Positions 35,532 to 45,687 of a stretch of DNA of 64,000 nucleotides are shown here, one piece after another (position 1 is the first letter of the stretch; every line of letters begins with the position of its first letter). The notes under the pieces are model-generated. The model saw only the letters and a program-made list of their open reading frames with translations, was not told the DNA's origin and did not search any database. Source of the stretch: Candidatus Gorgyraea atricola (lineage in GTDB: Bacteria; Omnitrophota; Gorgyraeia; Gorgyraeales; Gorgyraeaceae); contig JAVCCW010000028.1 of assembly GCA_030765235.1 (NCBI GenBank), forward strand, positions 24,744 through 88,743, read 5' to 3'. The translations under genes and the position numbers were made by a program.

Positions 35532-36653
35532 CTACGTACACACCTTGTTCTTCCCCGTGCGTTTTGCTTTGTAGAGTGCCTTGTCAGCCAGGGAAATAAG
35601 TTGCTCTTTTTCTTTTGCATCCTCAGGGAAGGATGCAGCGCCTATGCTGATGGTTATGCCTTTCAGGTCCTTGCTTTCCTTGACAGTTTTCCTCAGGCGT
35701 TCAGCCAGGACAAGCGCTTCTTGTTTATTTGTTCCAGGAAGGAGCATTACAAATTCTTCGCCTCCATAGCGGGCAACGATATCTATCCTTTTCGATGTCT
35801 TCTTGAATATATCAGAGATAGTTCTTAGTATTGCGTCGCCAGCCTGGTGCCCATGTGTATCATTAAATTTTTTAAAATCATCTATGTCGATCATAAGAAT
35901 GGTGAATGACTGTTTTCTAGACGAGGAATACTTGATCTCCTCTCCCAGCAGATATTGAAAGTAACCGTGGTTCCACAGCCTTGTCAAAGAATCAGAATTA
36001 GAGAGAACCAGCGCCCTTTCGTAGAGCCTGGAGTTTTGTATTGCCAGGCCTGCCTGGTTGGCAAATGTCGTAAGCATGCGCACGTCGTTGCTGGTTATAG
36101 GTTTTTTATTAAAGAAATTATCTGTAACTATGACGCCTATTACCTTATCCCTGGCCTTTAGGGGCACTGTTACGAATTCTTCCAGATTTAGGACCTTGGC
36201 ATATTCTGATTTTACTTTTTTCTTTATCTCAAAGGTCTTACCTTTAATAACTGTTAATGCTATGACGCCTGATTTTTCAGTTATAGGGATCTTTAGGGCC
36301 TTCACGGTTTTATTCAATTTGGACTTTTTCAGGTGTTCGAACTGGCTGCGCGTCTCTATGAGCTCGTCGAATCCTAATTGATGCTTTTCTATATGCGTCC
36401 ACACCGCGCTCGCATCCTCCTGGCTGTCAGGTCCTATACCCATTTTTCCCTCGAGCTGCGCCTCTTTTTCATTCACCAGAAATAACATGGCCCTGTTAAA
36501 ACTCAGGCCTACATGAGAAGTCACAGCTGTGAGGATTATATAGAGCATCTCTTCGAGATTGAGCGTTGTGTGCATGGCATTGCCTATCTCGTAAAGCCTC
36601 TCCAACTCTGCCTGCGCTTTCATGTACTTTTCCTTAAAGTCCTTTTTCATCAT
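35532..36653 (-). CDS. GAF-GGDEF diguanylate cyclase
   Basis: GAF domain (VPLKARDKVIGVI..DN...FANQAGLAIQNSRLY); DSLTRLWN, DIDDFKKFNDTHGHQAGD, RYGGEEF, ADKALYKAK. Confidence 0.93.
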   Translation of the reverse strand: MMKKDFKEKYMKAQAELERLYEIGNAMHTTLNLEEMLYIILTAVTSHVGLSFNRAMLFLVNEKEAQLEGKMGIGPDSQEDASAVWTHIEKHQLGFDELIETRSQFEHLKKSKLNKTVKALKIPITEKSGVIALTVIKGKTFEIKKKVKSEYAKVLNLEEFVTVPLKARDKVIGVIVTDNFFNKKPITSNDVRMLTTFANQAGLAIQNSRLYERALVLSNSDSLTRLWNHGYFQYLLGEEIKYSSSRKQSFTILMIDIDDFKKFNDTHGHQAGDAILRTISDIFKKTSKRIDIVARYGGEEFVMLLPGTNKQEALVLAERLRKTVKESKDLKGITISIGAASFPEDAKEKEQLISLADKALYKAKRTGKNKVCT

Positions 36654-36661
36654 AGTAAAGT

Positions 36662-36690
36662 AGTATAGCAGATAAGCCTTACGCTTTCAA
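36662..36690 (-). promoter_or_regulatory. Putative sigma70 promoter of the GGDEF gene
   Basis: Minus strand TTGAAA(36690-36685)-17 nt-TATACT(36667-36662). Confidence 0.5.
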
Positions 36691-36767
36691 TAGGGAATGA
36701 AAAATTGGTCTTTACAAGGCCTGGGATATCTGGTTAAATATAGGCATATTTATAGAGAGGAGAGGCT

Positions 36768-37895
36768 ATGTTTTCGCTTAGAAAAGTTATAAAAAGACAC
36801 AAAGGCTGGGTTATATTTTTTGGCATTGCCCTGACATTGGTGGCTATAAATAAGGGGATAAAGTATTATGATAGATATAAGTACAATATCCGCGCCACAA
36901 ATGACGTCCCCTTGTATGCGCTTCGCCGCGCGTCGATCAGCCCTGAGCAGATGACCGAATATAGCGCTTGCGGCGAACTCGAGCTATATCCGTATATAAT
37001 GTTTAAGGGCCCTTCCAATGTAAAAAATAAAACAGTAAGCACAAACTCTTTTGGGTTCAGGGGCGGAGAGATCGGCCCAAAGCTCCCAGACACATACAGG
37101 ATAATCCTTGTTGGCGCCTCAACTGTTTTTGGAGGTCATGTTACCTCTGATGAAAAGACATTTGCCGCCCAGCTTGAAAGACAATTAAATTTAAAATCCG
37201 CAGAATTGGACACCTCATTCGAGGTTATCAATGCCTCTTTCCCAGCCTTTAATTCAATGCAGGAACTTATATTAATACAATGGAGGCTTTTAGAGCACTC
37301 TCCGAATATGATAATTATCTGCGATGGTTTTAATGACGCCATGACTTATCTGACGCGCGACAACAGGCCTGGATTTCCTTATCTATTCAAAAAGATAGAA
37401 AAGATCACCTCCACCAGTGCCTTGGTCAAGAATAGGCTGCGGCATATCCGTATATTCAGAAAGATAATGGAGATGATGGAGAAACGTGAGACTCAGAGGC
37501 AGACGACCTTTGATCCAGAGGTCGTGGAGTTTTACAGAAATAATTTAGACGTCATGTGCCATTTGCTGAACAGTTATAATATTAAGCCATTTGTTGTGTT
37601 TCAGCCAGTCTTAGATTATAAAGATCCATTGTCTAAGTTGGAGAGAGATTATTTAGAAGACGAGACCTCGATGAACCGTAAAATATTCGTGGAGCTTTGC
37701 AATGGCTTAGAGGTTGCTGCCAGCGAGGTAGCCAGGCAGAATAACGCGATCTATCTTGATTCGCGCAATGTCTTTGACGGCGTAAACGATACACTGTTTA
37801 CAGATGATTGCCATTTTAATGACAGGGGTCATAAAATAGTAGCTGATAATTTGTATAAGCGTATATATGATTATCTCCTTGGGGCAGGGTTATGA
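36768..37895 (+). CDS. Membrane-anchored SGNH/GDSL hydrolase-family protein
   Basis: N-terminal TM; TNSFGFRG, LVGASTVFG, VINAS, DGFND, FTDDCHFNDRGH. Confidence 0.8.
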   Translation: MFSLRKVIKRHKGWVIFFGIALTLVAINKGIKYYDRYKYNIRATNDVPLYALRRASISPEQMTEYSACGELELYPYIMFKGPSNVKNKTVSTNSFGFRGGEIGPKLPDTYRIILVGASTVFGGHVTSDEKTFAAQLERQLNLKSAELDTSFEVINASFPAFNSMQELILIQWRLLEHSPNMIIICDGFNDAMTYLTRDNRPGFPYLFKKIEKITSTSALVKNRLRHIRIFRKIMEMMEKRETQRQTTFDPEVVEFYRNNLDVMCHLLNSYNIKPFVVFQPVLDYKDPLSKLERDYLEDETSMNRKIFVELCNGLEVAASEVARQNNAIYLDSRNVFDGVNDTLFTDDCHFNDRGHKIVADNLYKRIYDYLLGAGL

Positions 37896-38299
37896 GAGAA
37901 CGCATAGAATATAACGGAGAACTTCTGGCAATAATAATCAAAGAGGATTATATGCCGGCCAAAACAGAGTTTATTACGCCGGATACATTCAAACAGCAAG
38001 TGGGTTTTGTTGTCTATGATAAAGATAATGAGATACAGCCTCACATTCATCGCGAGATGCCGCGTAGTCTCAAGGGTACATCAGAGGTCTTGATTCTCAA
38101 AAAGGGGCATGTTCGCGTTGATTTTTATTCTCAGAAAAAGCAATATACAGAGAGTCGTGAGCTTATGCCAGGAGATGTGCTTATCTTGGTTTCAGGCGGT
38201 CATGGCTTTCACTTCCACGAATACAGTGTTTTTTTAGAGGTAAAACAAGGCCCTTATATCGGACCCCAGGAAAAAGAAAGATTCTCGAGGCCAGCATGA
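37892..38299 (+). CDS. Cupin-fold protein of sugar-nucleotide clusters
   Basis: IQPHIH...SEVL...GDVLILVSGGHGF...EVKQGPY. Confidence 0.7.
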   Translation: MRERIEYNGELLAIIIKEDYMPAKTEFITPDTFKQQVGFVVYDKDNEIQPHIHREMPRSLKGTSEVLILKKGHVRVDFYSQKKQYTESRELMPGDVLILVSGGHGFHFHEYSVFLEVKQGPYIGPQEKERFSRPA

Positions 38300-39447
38300 T
38301 CCCTGTAAACGAGCCCTTAATGTCTGGTAACGAACTCAAGTATGTTTCGGATTGCATAAAGACAAACTGGATCTCATCTGCAGGCAGCTACCTTGAGCGT
38401 TTTGAAACAGCATGGGCAAAATACTGCGGTCAGAAATACGGAGTCGCAGTCTGTAACGGCACTGTGGCTCTGGAGCTCGCAGTCGAAGTCTGTAATTTCC
38501 CAAAAGGGAGTGAGATAATCCTTCCCAGCTTTACCATTATTTCGTGTGCTCAGGCCATAACAAAGAATGACTGTGTACCTGTTTTAGTAGACTGCGACCC
38601 AGAGGCTTACTGCATGGATGTCAGCCAGATAGAAAAAAAGATTACCAAGCGCACTGTAGCGATTATGCCAGTGCATATCTATGGCCATCCCTGTGACATG
38701 GATCCCATAATGGACATTGCTAAAAAGCATGATCTTGTTGTCATAGAAGATGCAGCTGAGGTCCACGGCGCAGAATACCAGAGTGTCAAAGATAATACCT
38801 GGCATAAATGTGGCAGCTTTGGCCATCTTTCATGTTTTTCCTTTTACGCCAATAAACTAGTCACTACTGGCGAAGGCGGCATGGTCATTACATCCGACGA
38901 TAAACTCGCAGAGAGGCTACAGAGACACAGAAACCTCTGCTTTTTAAAATCACCGCGATTCCTGCACCATCATATAGGAAATAATTTTAGGATGACAAAT
39001 ATACAGGCAGCGCTTGGCCTTGCGCAGCTCGAGAATATAGATAAGACGATTAAAAGAAAAAGAGAAATGGCGAAAAAATACTCTGATCTCTTAAATGACC
39101 TACCTCTAAAGCTCCCAACAGAACATAAATGGGCCAGGGGAGTAGTATGGATGTATGGAGTCGTGTTGCAGGAAGAAAAAGGCCAGGGAAATTTGAGCGT
39201 ACAAGACTATATGAAGTGGCCTAATTATAAGATCATGAAAAAATTAGCTAAGCTCGAGATTCAAACGCGGCCATTTTTCATAGGAATGCACGAACAACCG
39301 ATCTTTCAGAGCTTAGAATATTTTAAAAATGAGTCTTATCCTGTAACAGAGGGAATTGCAAGGACAGGATTTTATCTCCCGAGTGGCCAGGTAATAAAAG
39401 ACGCGCAGATAAAAGAAGTGGCTCGCGCCCTGAAAGGGTTATTTTAA
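38296..39447 (+). CDS. DegT/DnrJ/EryC1/StrS aminotransferase (perosamine synthase-like)
   Basis: IPVNEP..WISS, NGTVALELA, VHIYGHP, IEDAAEVHG, FSFYANKLVTTGEGG, NFRMTNIQAA. Confidence 0.9.
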   Translation: MIPVNEPLMSGNELKYVSDCIKTNWISSAGSYLERFETAWAKYCGQKYGVAVCNGTVALELAVEVCNFPKGSEIILPSFTIISCAQAITKNDCVPVLVDCDPEAYCMDVSQIEKKITKRTVAIMPVHIYGHPCDMDPIMDIAKKHDLVVIEDAAEVHGAEYQSVKDNTWHKCGSFGHLSCFSFYANKLVTTGEGGMVITSDDKLAERLQRHRNLCFLKSPRFLHHHIGNNFRMTNIQAALGLAQLENIDKTIKRKREMAKKYSDLLNDLPLKLPTEHKWARGVVWMYGVVLQEEKGQGNLSVQDYMKWPNYKIMKKLAKLEIQTRPFFIGMHEQPIFQSLEYFKNESYPVTEGIARTGFYLPSGQVIKDAQIKEVARALKGLF

Positions 39448-40193
39448 TGAAAAATCGCTTATCAGTAATATTGCCCACTTACAATGAGGCAGAAAACATA
39501 AAACCCCTGATAGATGCCATAAGAGATGCGCTGGAAGAGGTTTATGAGGTAATAGTCGTTGATGATAATTCTCCTGATGGTACGAGTGAAATCGTTGAGA
39601 AGATGATCAGGGGAGGGGGATACCAGTTTTTAAAATTAGAGAAGAGGACTAGCGACAGGGGTTTGACTAAGAGTATAGCCAGAGGCATAGAACTTGCCAC
39701 AGGTGATGTGGTAGGCTGGATGGACTGCGATTTTTCAATGCCCCCGAAATACCTGCCAGTACTTTTGTCACTTATTAATGCGGATTACGATATTGCAGTA
39801 GGTTCTCGCTTTCTTCTGGGCGGCAGATGGAAGGGAGAAAAGAAAAATCCGGAAGATACTTTTCTTGGAGTCATATTGAGCCGCATTATGAATTTATTTA
39901 TACAGGTCTGTCTTGATCATAGATTCAGGGATTATACCAGCGGTTTTGTCGTGGCGCGCAGAGAAATTTTTGAAAAGATCGAGCTGAGGGGGGACTACGG
40001 TGAGTATTTTATAGATTTTATCTATCGTGCCCTGAAGTCAAATTATCATGTGGTCGAGGTCCCGTATGTATGGCGCCCCAGAAAAGCAGGTTGCTCTAAA
40101 ACAGGGATCAATCTAGCTGATTATTGCAGGCGCGGCTGGAAATATATTATTACTACGTTGAGGTTGCTGTTCTCATGCCGAAAGTCTTATTAA
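39447..40193 (+). CDS. GT2 polyprenyl-phosphate glycosyltransferase (DPM synthase-like)
   Basis: SVILPTYNEAENI, VVDDNSPDGT, WMDCDFSMPP, VGSRF, DYTSGF, EVPY..R..G.SK. Confidence 0.88.
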   Translation: MKNRLSVILPTYNEAENIKPLIDAIRDALEEVYEVIVVDDNSPDGTSEIVEKMIRGGGYQFLKLEKRTSDRGLTKSIARGIELATGDVVGWMDCDFSMPPKYLPVLLSLINADYDIAVGSRFLLGGRWKGEKKNPEDTFLGVILSRIMNLFIQVCLDHRFRDYTSGFVVARREIFEKIELRGDYGEYFIDFIYRALKSNYHVVEVPYVWRPRKAGCSKTGINLADYCRRGWKYIITTLRLLFSCRKSY

Positions 40194-41596
40194 TAAATCC
40201 GCCTTTTGAGCAGGAAGAAGAGTCTGTTGGGCGGTCCAGGAGTATCAAGAAGGTACTTAATATAGTGCCGCCTCTTGGTATTGCGTACATTGCCGCGATC
40301 CTGGAAGAGATGGACATAGAGACAAAGATAATAGACTGTGCCATAGGTATTTCATTCGATGATCTTTACAAGAGAATACTTGAGGAATCCCCAGACGTAA
40401 TCGGTATCACTTCTACTACACCCGCCTTTGTAAAGGCCAAAAAGTTAGCTTCTTTTATTCGCGAACAATTCCCTTTAACAAAGATCCTGATAGGCGGCGC
40501 CCAGCTAACAGCACTTCCCTGCGAAACCATGGAGACCGGGCTTTTTGATATAGGGGTGATCGGCGAGGGGGAATTAACAGCCAAAGAGTTGTTTAAAAAT
40601 TATAGAAACAAAAGATTCGAGGCCCTTGATCAGATACGAGGCATTATCTATAAAGACCAAACAGGTATACATCAGAATCCAGATCAGGATTTTATCAATG
40701 ATCTTGATTTGATCCCTATGCCTGCAAGACATCTATTGCCTCATCCTAAATTTTACCGGCCGACACCTGCATCGTGTCGTCGTGTGCCATACGTCGTTAT
40801 CATGACGAGCCGCGGCTGCCCATCGCAGTGCACCTTTTGTGACAGAAAGATCTTTGGTATGCGATGCAGGATGCGAAGCGGACCTAATATTTTCCAGGAG
40901 ATAGAAGAGGTTATTGCGAAGTATGACGTGAAAGAAATCAGATTTTTTGACGATACATTTACTTTGAATAAAAAAAGGGTTTATGAGATCTGTGATGAGT
41001 TTGAAAAGAGAAGGCTTAAGCTGTCGTGGACGTGTCTGACAAAAGTAGCTTGTGTGGATGGGCCGCTTCTAAAGCGTATGAAAAAGGCCGGGTGCTGGCA
41101 GGTGTTGTATGGTTTTGAATCAGGCGATGACCGCATGCTCAAGCTTCTTAAAAAAGGAAATACTGTTGAGATGAATAAGAAGGCAGCACGCCTTACAAAA
41201 GAGGCAGGACTGGAGGTGCGCGGAGATTTTATTGTAGGTACGCCTGGCGAAACATGGGAGAGCCTTGAAAGGACCGTGCGATTCGCGATCGATATGGATT
41301 TGGACTACGCGCATTTTAATAAATTCACACCTTTTCCAGGGACGGAGCTTTATAGGAAACTTACAGACGAAGGCCATGTGTTTGATTTTTCAAAGAGTAC
41401 AATACTGGACCACAAACAGGTTCATTACAATAATCCTGACATGGACACAACTGAATTCTCAAGGTTTTTAGACAGGGCCAGTAAGCGTTTTTATCTCAGG
41501 CCCAGATATATCTTGAAAAGACTATTTTCAATAAGGACCCTGCACCAGTTAAAAGGGCAGATAGATGGATTTTTTGCGATATTTGAGTTGCAATAA
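40175..41596 (+). CDS. Cobalamin-binding radical SAM protein (class B methylase-like)
   Basis: VLLINPP..PPLGIAYIAA, GEGE, TSRGCPSQCTFC, FFDDTF, YGFESG, FIVGTPGET, FTPFPGT; ATG 40175. Confidence 0.9.
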   Translation: MPKVLLINPPFEQEEESVGRSRSIKKVLNIVPPLGIAYIAAILEEMDIETKIIDCAIGISFDDLYKRILEESPDVIGITSTTPAFVKAKKLASFIREQFPLTKILIGGAQLTALPCETMETGLFDIGVIGEGELTAKELFKNYRNKRFEALDQIRGIIYKDQTGIHQNPDQDFINDLDLIPMPARHLLPHPKFYRPTPASCRRVPYVVIMTSRGCPSQCTFCDRKIFGMRCRMRSGPNIFQEIEEVIAKYDVKEIRFFDDTFTLNKKRVYEICDEFEKRRLKLSWTCLTKVACVDGPLLKRMKKAGCWQVLYGFESGDDRMLKLLKKGNTVEMNKKAARLTKEAGLEVRGDFIVGTPGETWESLERTVRFAIDMDLDYAHFNKFTPFPGTELYRKLTDEGHVFDFSKSTILDHKQVHYNNPDMDTTEFSRFLDRASKRFYLRPRYILKRLFSIRTLHQLKGQIDGFFAIFELQ

Positions 41597-41645
41597 AATA
41601 TAGAGGCCGAGTCACCACTTTTGTGGTATAATAAATAACCTTAAT

Positions 41646-42725
41646 ATGACAAAAAGGATACTGATAATAAATCCATTCGGAATAGGGGATGTTTTGTTTT
41701 CAACCCCTTTGATCGCTACTATTAAAGAAAAATACTCTGGGTGCTATATAGGGTATATATGTAATATAAGGACAGAGGAGATACTGGCTGCAAATCCCGG
41801 GATAGACGAAGTTTTTATATTTGAGAGAGATGAATATAGAGAGCTCTGGAAGAAGTCAAAACTGGAATGTCTTAAGAAGCTTTGCGATTTCTGGAAAGAG
41901 ATAAAAAAAAGAAGATTCGATCTATTGTTTGACCTTTCCCTGGGCAGGGAATATGCGTTTTTATGCTGGTTGATAGGCATAAGAGAGCGCAGGGGTTTTA
42001 ATTATAAAGGCCGCGGGAGATTTTTGACGCATAAGATTCAGTTTGATGGGTTTAGTGGCAGGCCTGTCGCGGAATATTACTTGGATGCTATTAGGGACAA
42101 GGGACAAGGGACAAGGGACAAGGGGTTGATTTTAGCAACAACAGATAAGGATAAAGAATATATTGATGCCTTTTTGAAAAAGGCAGGGATTAAAGAACAG
42201 GATACGCTGGTCGGCATTGCGCCTGGAGGAGGCGCTTCTTATGGCAAAGAAAAATCCCATTACAAAAGATGGGGCTGTGAGAAGTTTGCTGTGCTTGCTG
42301 ACAGGATAGCATCGTGCGGGGCTAAGCCTATCTTACTGGGAGGACCTAAAGAAAAAGACTTGATCAGGGATGTTAAACTAAAAATGCAAGGCAAGCCCCT
42401 CATGGGGCCAGACGCAAAAATAAGAGAGATGGCTTGTTTGATCAAAAGATGTAACGTACTTGTGTGTAACGACGGGGGACTCTTACATATAGCCGTGAGT
42501 CAGGATACGCCTACAGTTTCCATTTTCGGACCCACTGATGAAAAGGTCTATGGCCCGTATCCGGCATCTAAAAAACATATTGTTGTAACAAACAATGCGG
42601 ATTGCAGGCCTTGCTACAGGCGTTTCAGGCTGCCAGAATGTACTGACAGGAAGTGCATGGAAGACCTTTCTGTAGACTCTGTTTTTAACGCGCTTTCAAA
42701 ATTTATCCAAGAGGTAGGGACATGA
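41646..42725 (+). CDS. GT9 family (heptosyltransferase-like) glycosyltransferase
   Basis: [15 protein letters not shown]...[25 protein letters not shown]...C...CM. Confidence 0.9.
   Translation: MTKRILIINPFGIGDVLFSTPLIATIKEKYSGCYIGYICNIRTEEILAANPGIDEVFIFERDEYRELWKKSKLECLKKLCDFWKEIKKRRFDLLFDLSLGREYAFLCWLIGIRERRGFNYKGRGRFLTHKIQFDGFSGRPVAEYYLDAIRDKGQGTRDKGLILATTDKDKEYIDAFLKKAGIKEQDTLVGIAPGGGASYGKEKSHYKRWGCEKFAVLADRIASCGAKPILLGGPKEKDLIRDVKLKMQGKPLMGPDAKIREMACLIKRCNVLVCNDGGLLHIAVSQDTPTVSIFGPTDEKVYGPYPASKKHIVVTNNADCRPCYRRFRLPECTDRKCMEDLSVDSVFNALSKFIQEVGT
42094..42124 (+). repeat. Perfect (GGGACAA)x4 array inside the GT9 gene, with no nested element
   Basis: gggacaa gggacaa gggacaa gggacaa ggg, read as [11 protein letters not shown]. 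Confidence 0.9.
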
Positions 42726-43828
42726 AAGTCGATATATTGAGCCTGAAAAAACAGCATGAAGGCATAAAGGATGAGATAAAAAAATCCATGGAAAGAGTCA
42801 TAAGTTCAGGAGGATTCATTCTTGGAGAAGATGTGAAGCTTTTTGAACAGGAATTCGCGGATTATTGTGGCGTAGCGCATGGCGTAGGCGTAAATTCCGG
42901 CACAGACGCGCTGTTTCTCGCCTCTCTTGCCTGTGGAATAGGAAAGGGCGACGAGGTAATCACGATACCTTATACTTACATTGCTACGATTCTTGCCATA
43001 TCTATGACAGGCGCAAGGCCAGTGTTTGTCGATATAGACGAAAAGACCTATAACATCGATGTTTCAAAAATAGAAAAGGCAATTACCAAAAAGACAAAGG
43101 CTATTCTGCCAGTGCATCTTTACGGCCATCCTGTGGATATGGACCCTTTGATGGGGATAGCGGAAAAGCACGGTCTTAAAGTCATTGAGGACTGTGCCCA
43201 GGCTCACGGCGCGCTTTATAAAAATAAGAAAATAGGCAGTTTCGGAGATGCGGCGTGTTTTTCATTTTACCCTACCAAAAACCTCGGTGCATTTGGCGAC
43301 GCTGGCATGGTCATAACAGATTCTAAGGAGACAAGAGAAAAGCTCCTGCTCCTGCGTGATTGTGGAAGAAAGGGTAGGTATGAACATATCTTAAAAGGTT
43401 TTAATTCAAGGCTCGATACCCTGCAGGCAGCGATACTCAGAGTTAAATTAAGGCATCTGGACAAATACAACGAGAACAGAAGGAAAAACGCGAGTCTCTA
43501 TACAAAGTTATTCAAAGAAAACAAACTAGATATAGGATGTCCTTTTGAGGCTGATTACGCAAAACACGTATACCACCTCTATCCTGCAGGGGTAAAGGAT
43601 AGAGAAAGCGTGAAGGATAGGCTCGTGGAAAAAGGCGTGCGCACGCTTATACATTACTCGATACCAATACACCTGCAAGAGGCCTATAAAGACCTTGGCT
43701 ATAAAAAGGGTGACTTTCCGATTTCAGAAAAGTACTGCGAAAAGATCCTGAGCCTTCCTATGTATCCTGAATTATCAGAAGGGGAGATCAGGTTTGTTGT
43801 AGAGTCGCTCAAGGAGATCTTGTTATGA
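42722..43828 (+). CDS. DegT/DnrJ/EryC1/StrS aminotransferase (FdtB/WbpE-like)
   Basis: [62 protein letters not shown]. Confidence 0.92.
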   Translation: MKVDILSLKKQHEGIKDEIKKSMERVISSGGFILGEDVKLFEQEFADYCGVAHGVGVNSGTDALFLASLACGIGKGDEVITIPYTYIATILAISMTGARPVFVDIDEKTYNIDVSKIEKAITKKTKAILPVHLYGHPVDMDPLMGIAEKHGLKVIEDCAQAHGALYKNKKIGSFGDAACFSFYPTKNLGAFGDAGMVITDSKETREKLLLLRDCGRKGRYEHILKGFNSRLDTLQAAILRVKLRHLDKYNENRRKNASLYTKLFKENKLDIGCPFEADYAKHVYHLYPAGVKDRESVKDRLVEKGVRTLIHYSIPIHLQEAYKDLGYKKGDFPISEKYCEKILSLPMYPELSEGEIRFVVESLKEILL

Positions 43829-44478
43829 GAAAGATAAGAGAAAAGATAAAAAAGAACTATAGCCAGATGAAGCGCAGATTGACCTGGATATTGTATAGGA
43901 AAAAGAGAATCCTTGCCATGGATTGCAGAGAATTGATAGAGAAGAAGAGGAAAGACGGCCCGATAAAATTACATCTTTGCTGCGGAGGCAATAAGTACCA
44001 GGGCTATATCAATGTGGACATTGTCCCGCTGGAAGGCACAGACGCCCTGATGAATATCCCCCAGGACCTGTTTTTAGTGTCGCCAAACTCAGCTTCAGAG
44101 ATACTGATAGAAAGTGGTTTTGAGCATTTTTACAGATACCAGCAGGATGATTTTTTAAAGGAGTGTTACAGGATCCTTGTGGATAAAGGCAGGCTTGCGA
44201 TGAAAAACATACCTGATTTTGACTTGATTGCGGACGCGTACCTGGGCAAAAAGCAGGGAAACATCAGTCCTATATTTGATCTCTACGAGGTCTATAGGCT
44301 TACGCATGGGGCGCCAGAGCCCAGAAACTCACCGCATCAATTACATAAAGACATCTTTACTAAAGGATCTGTCAGGGAATTGTTAGAGCGAAATAAATTT
44401 AAGATACAAGAGATGCGTGACACTATATTCCGCGGAGAAAACACTGCTGCGAGCTTCGATGTAGTCGCAGTTAAATAA
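43825..44478 (+). CDS. SAM-dependent methyltransferase-like protein
   Basis: [20 protein letters not shown]...ECYRIL..GRL...PD. Confidence 0.65.
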   Translation: MRKIREKIKKNYSQMKRRLTWILYRKKRILAMDCRELIEKKRKDGPIKLHLCCGGNKYQGYINVDIVPLEGTDALMNIPQDLFLVSPNSASEILIESGFEHFYRYQQDDFLKECYRILVDKGRLAMKNIPDFDLIADAYLGKKQGNISPIFDLYEVYRLTHGAPEPRNSPHQLHKDIFTKGSVRELLERNKFKIQEMRDTIFRGENTAASFDVVAVK

Positions 44479-44491
44479 CAAGGTTTAAATT

Positions 44492-44830
44492 ATGGATAAA
44501 AAATATATACTTGTCTGTGAAAAGGGGTGGCGCAAGATAAGAGAGTTATCGCTGGATCTGGCAGAAAAAGGCATCTCTTCCACTGTTTTAATAAGGGGGT
44601 TGGTCAGACCAGATGTAGAGAGGATGATAACAGCACATAAAGAGATAAGTAACGTATTTGTCCCGGAGAAGCTTTTCACATTAATCCTTTTCATGCGCAT
44701 GGCCACCAGCTTAATTTTGTGTCCACGAAGGAGATTGTTAATAGCCCTTAGCAAAGAAAAGACCTATAAGAGATTAGAGATACTTAAGAAAATTTTTCGC
44801 AGGATCGAATTGGCAAAGGTTTTTGATTAG
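44492..44830 (+). CDS. Hypothetical protein
   Basis: 112-aa ORF tightly packed in the operon; no recognised motif. Confidence 0.6.
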   Translation: MDKKYILVCEKGWRKIRELSLDLAEKGISSTVLIRGLVRPDVERMITAHKEISNVFVPEKLFTLILFMRMATSLILCPRRRLLIALSKEKTYKRLEILKKIFRRIELAKVFD

Positions 44831-44832
44831 AC

Positions 44833-45687
44833 ATGAAAATAGCTATTATATTTGGCAAGGAACGTCTGGATACAGTAGGCATATATTTTGAACGAGCGTT
44901 AAAGGCCCTGGGCCACGAGGTCAGGCATTTTTGGCCTAAAGATATAGAAAATATCAGGCCTGAATATGATTTTTATTTTCGAGTGGATGACGGGCACTAT
45001 GATCATTGTATCCCTGAGAGGCTTAAGCCAAGGGTCTATTTTGCCTCGGATACGCATTTAAAAAATCCGTTCAAAAAAATAAAAAAACACATATTGAGAG
45101 AAGCGTACGAACTGGTATTTTGTCCTATGCTGAAGGAAGTAGAGATATTAAAAAAGGTCTCTCCTGTAGAAATAATCTGGATGAATTTCGCATGCGATCC
45201 TGAGGTGCATAAGAGGTTGGATATAGAGAGAAATTACGATATAGGTTTTGTGGGAAACGACGGCGGGGTGCCCAGAAAGTTCTATCTTCAGGAGCTAAGA
45301 GAACGGTATCCGAAAAGTTTCATAGACCGAGCTGATTATTCACAGATGAGCCAGATCTACAGCTCTTCAAAGATAGGCTTTAACTTTGCTATTCGCGGAG
45401 AATCCCTTACTATGAGGAGCTATGAGATAATGGCCTGCAAGGCAATGCTTCTTATGCAGAGATTAAGGGACAATAGCGCTGAAAAGGCCGGTTTTATCGA
45501 CGGGAAACATCTTGTGTTTTTTGACAAGCCAGAGGATCTGTTCAAACTTATCGAGCATTATCTGAAAAACAAGAAAGAAAGGGAAGAGATAGCGGAAAAC
45601 GGCTATCGTCTCACACTCGAGAGACATACTTACACTCATAGGATCAACGAGATGCTCGATATAATTAAAGATAGGTTTAAGATATGA
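44833..45687 (+). CDS. CgeB-like glycosyltransferase (Glyco_trans_1_2)
   Basis: FACDPEVH, DIGFVG, YSSSKIGFN...MRSYEIMAC, EREEIAENG...HTY.HR. Confidence 0.85.
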   Translation: MKIAIIFGKERLDTVGIYFERALKALGHEVRHFWPKDIENIRPEYDFYFRVDDGHYDHCIPERLKPRVYFASDTHLKNPFKKIKKHILREAYELVFCPMLKEVEILKKVSPVEIIWMNFACDPEVHKRLDIERNYDIGFVGNDGGVPRKFYLQELRERYPKSFIDRADYSQMSQIYSSSKIGFNFAIRGESLTMRSYEIMACKAMLLMQRLRDNSAEKAGFIDGKHLVFFDKPEDLFKLIEHYLKNKKEREEIAENGYRLTLERHTYTHRINEMLDIIKDRFKI

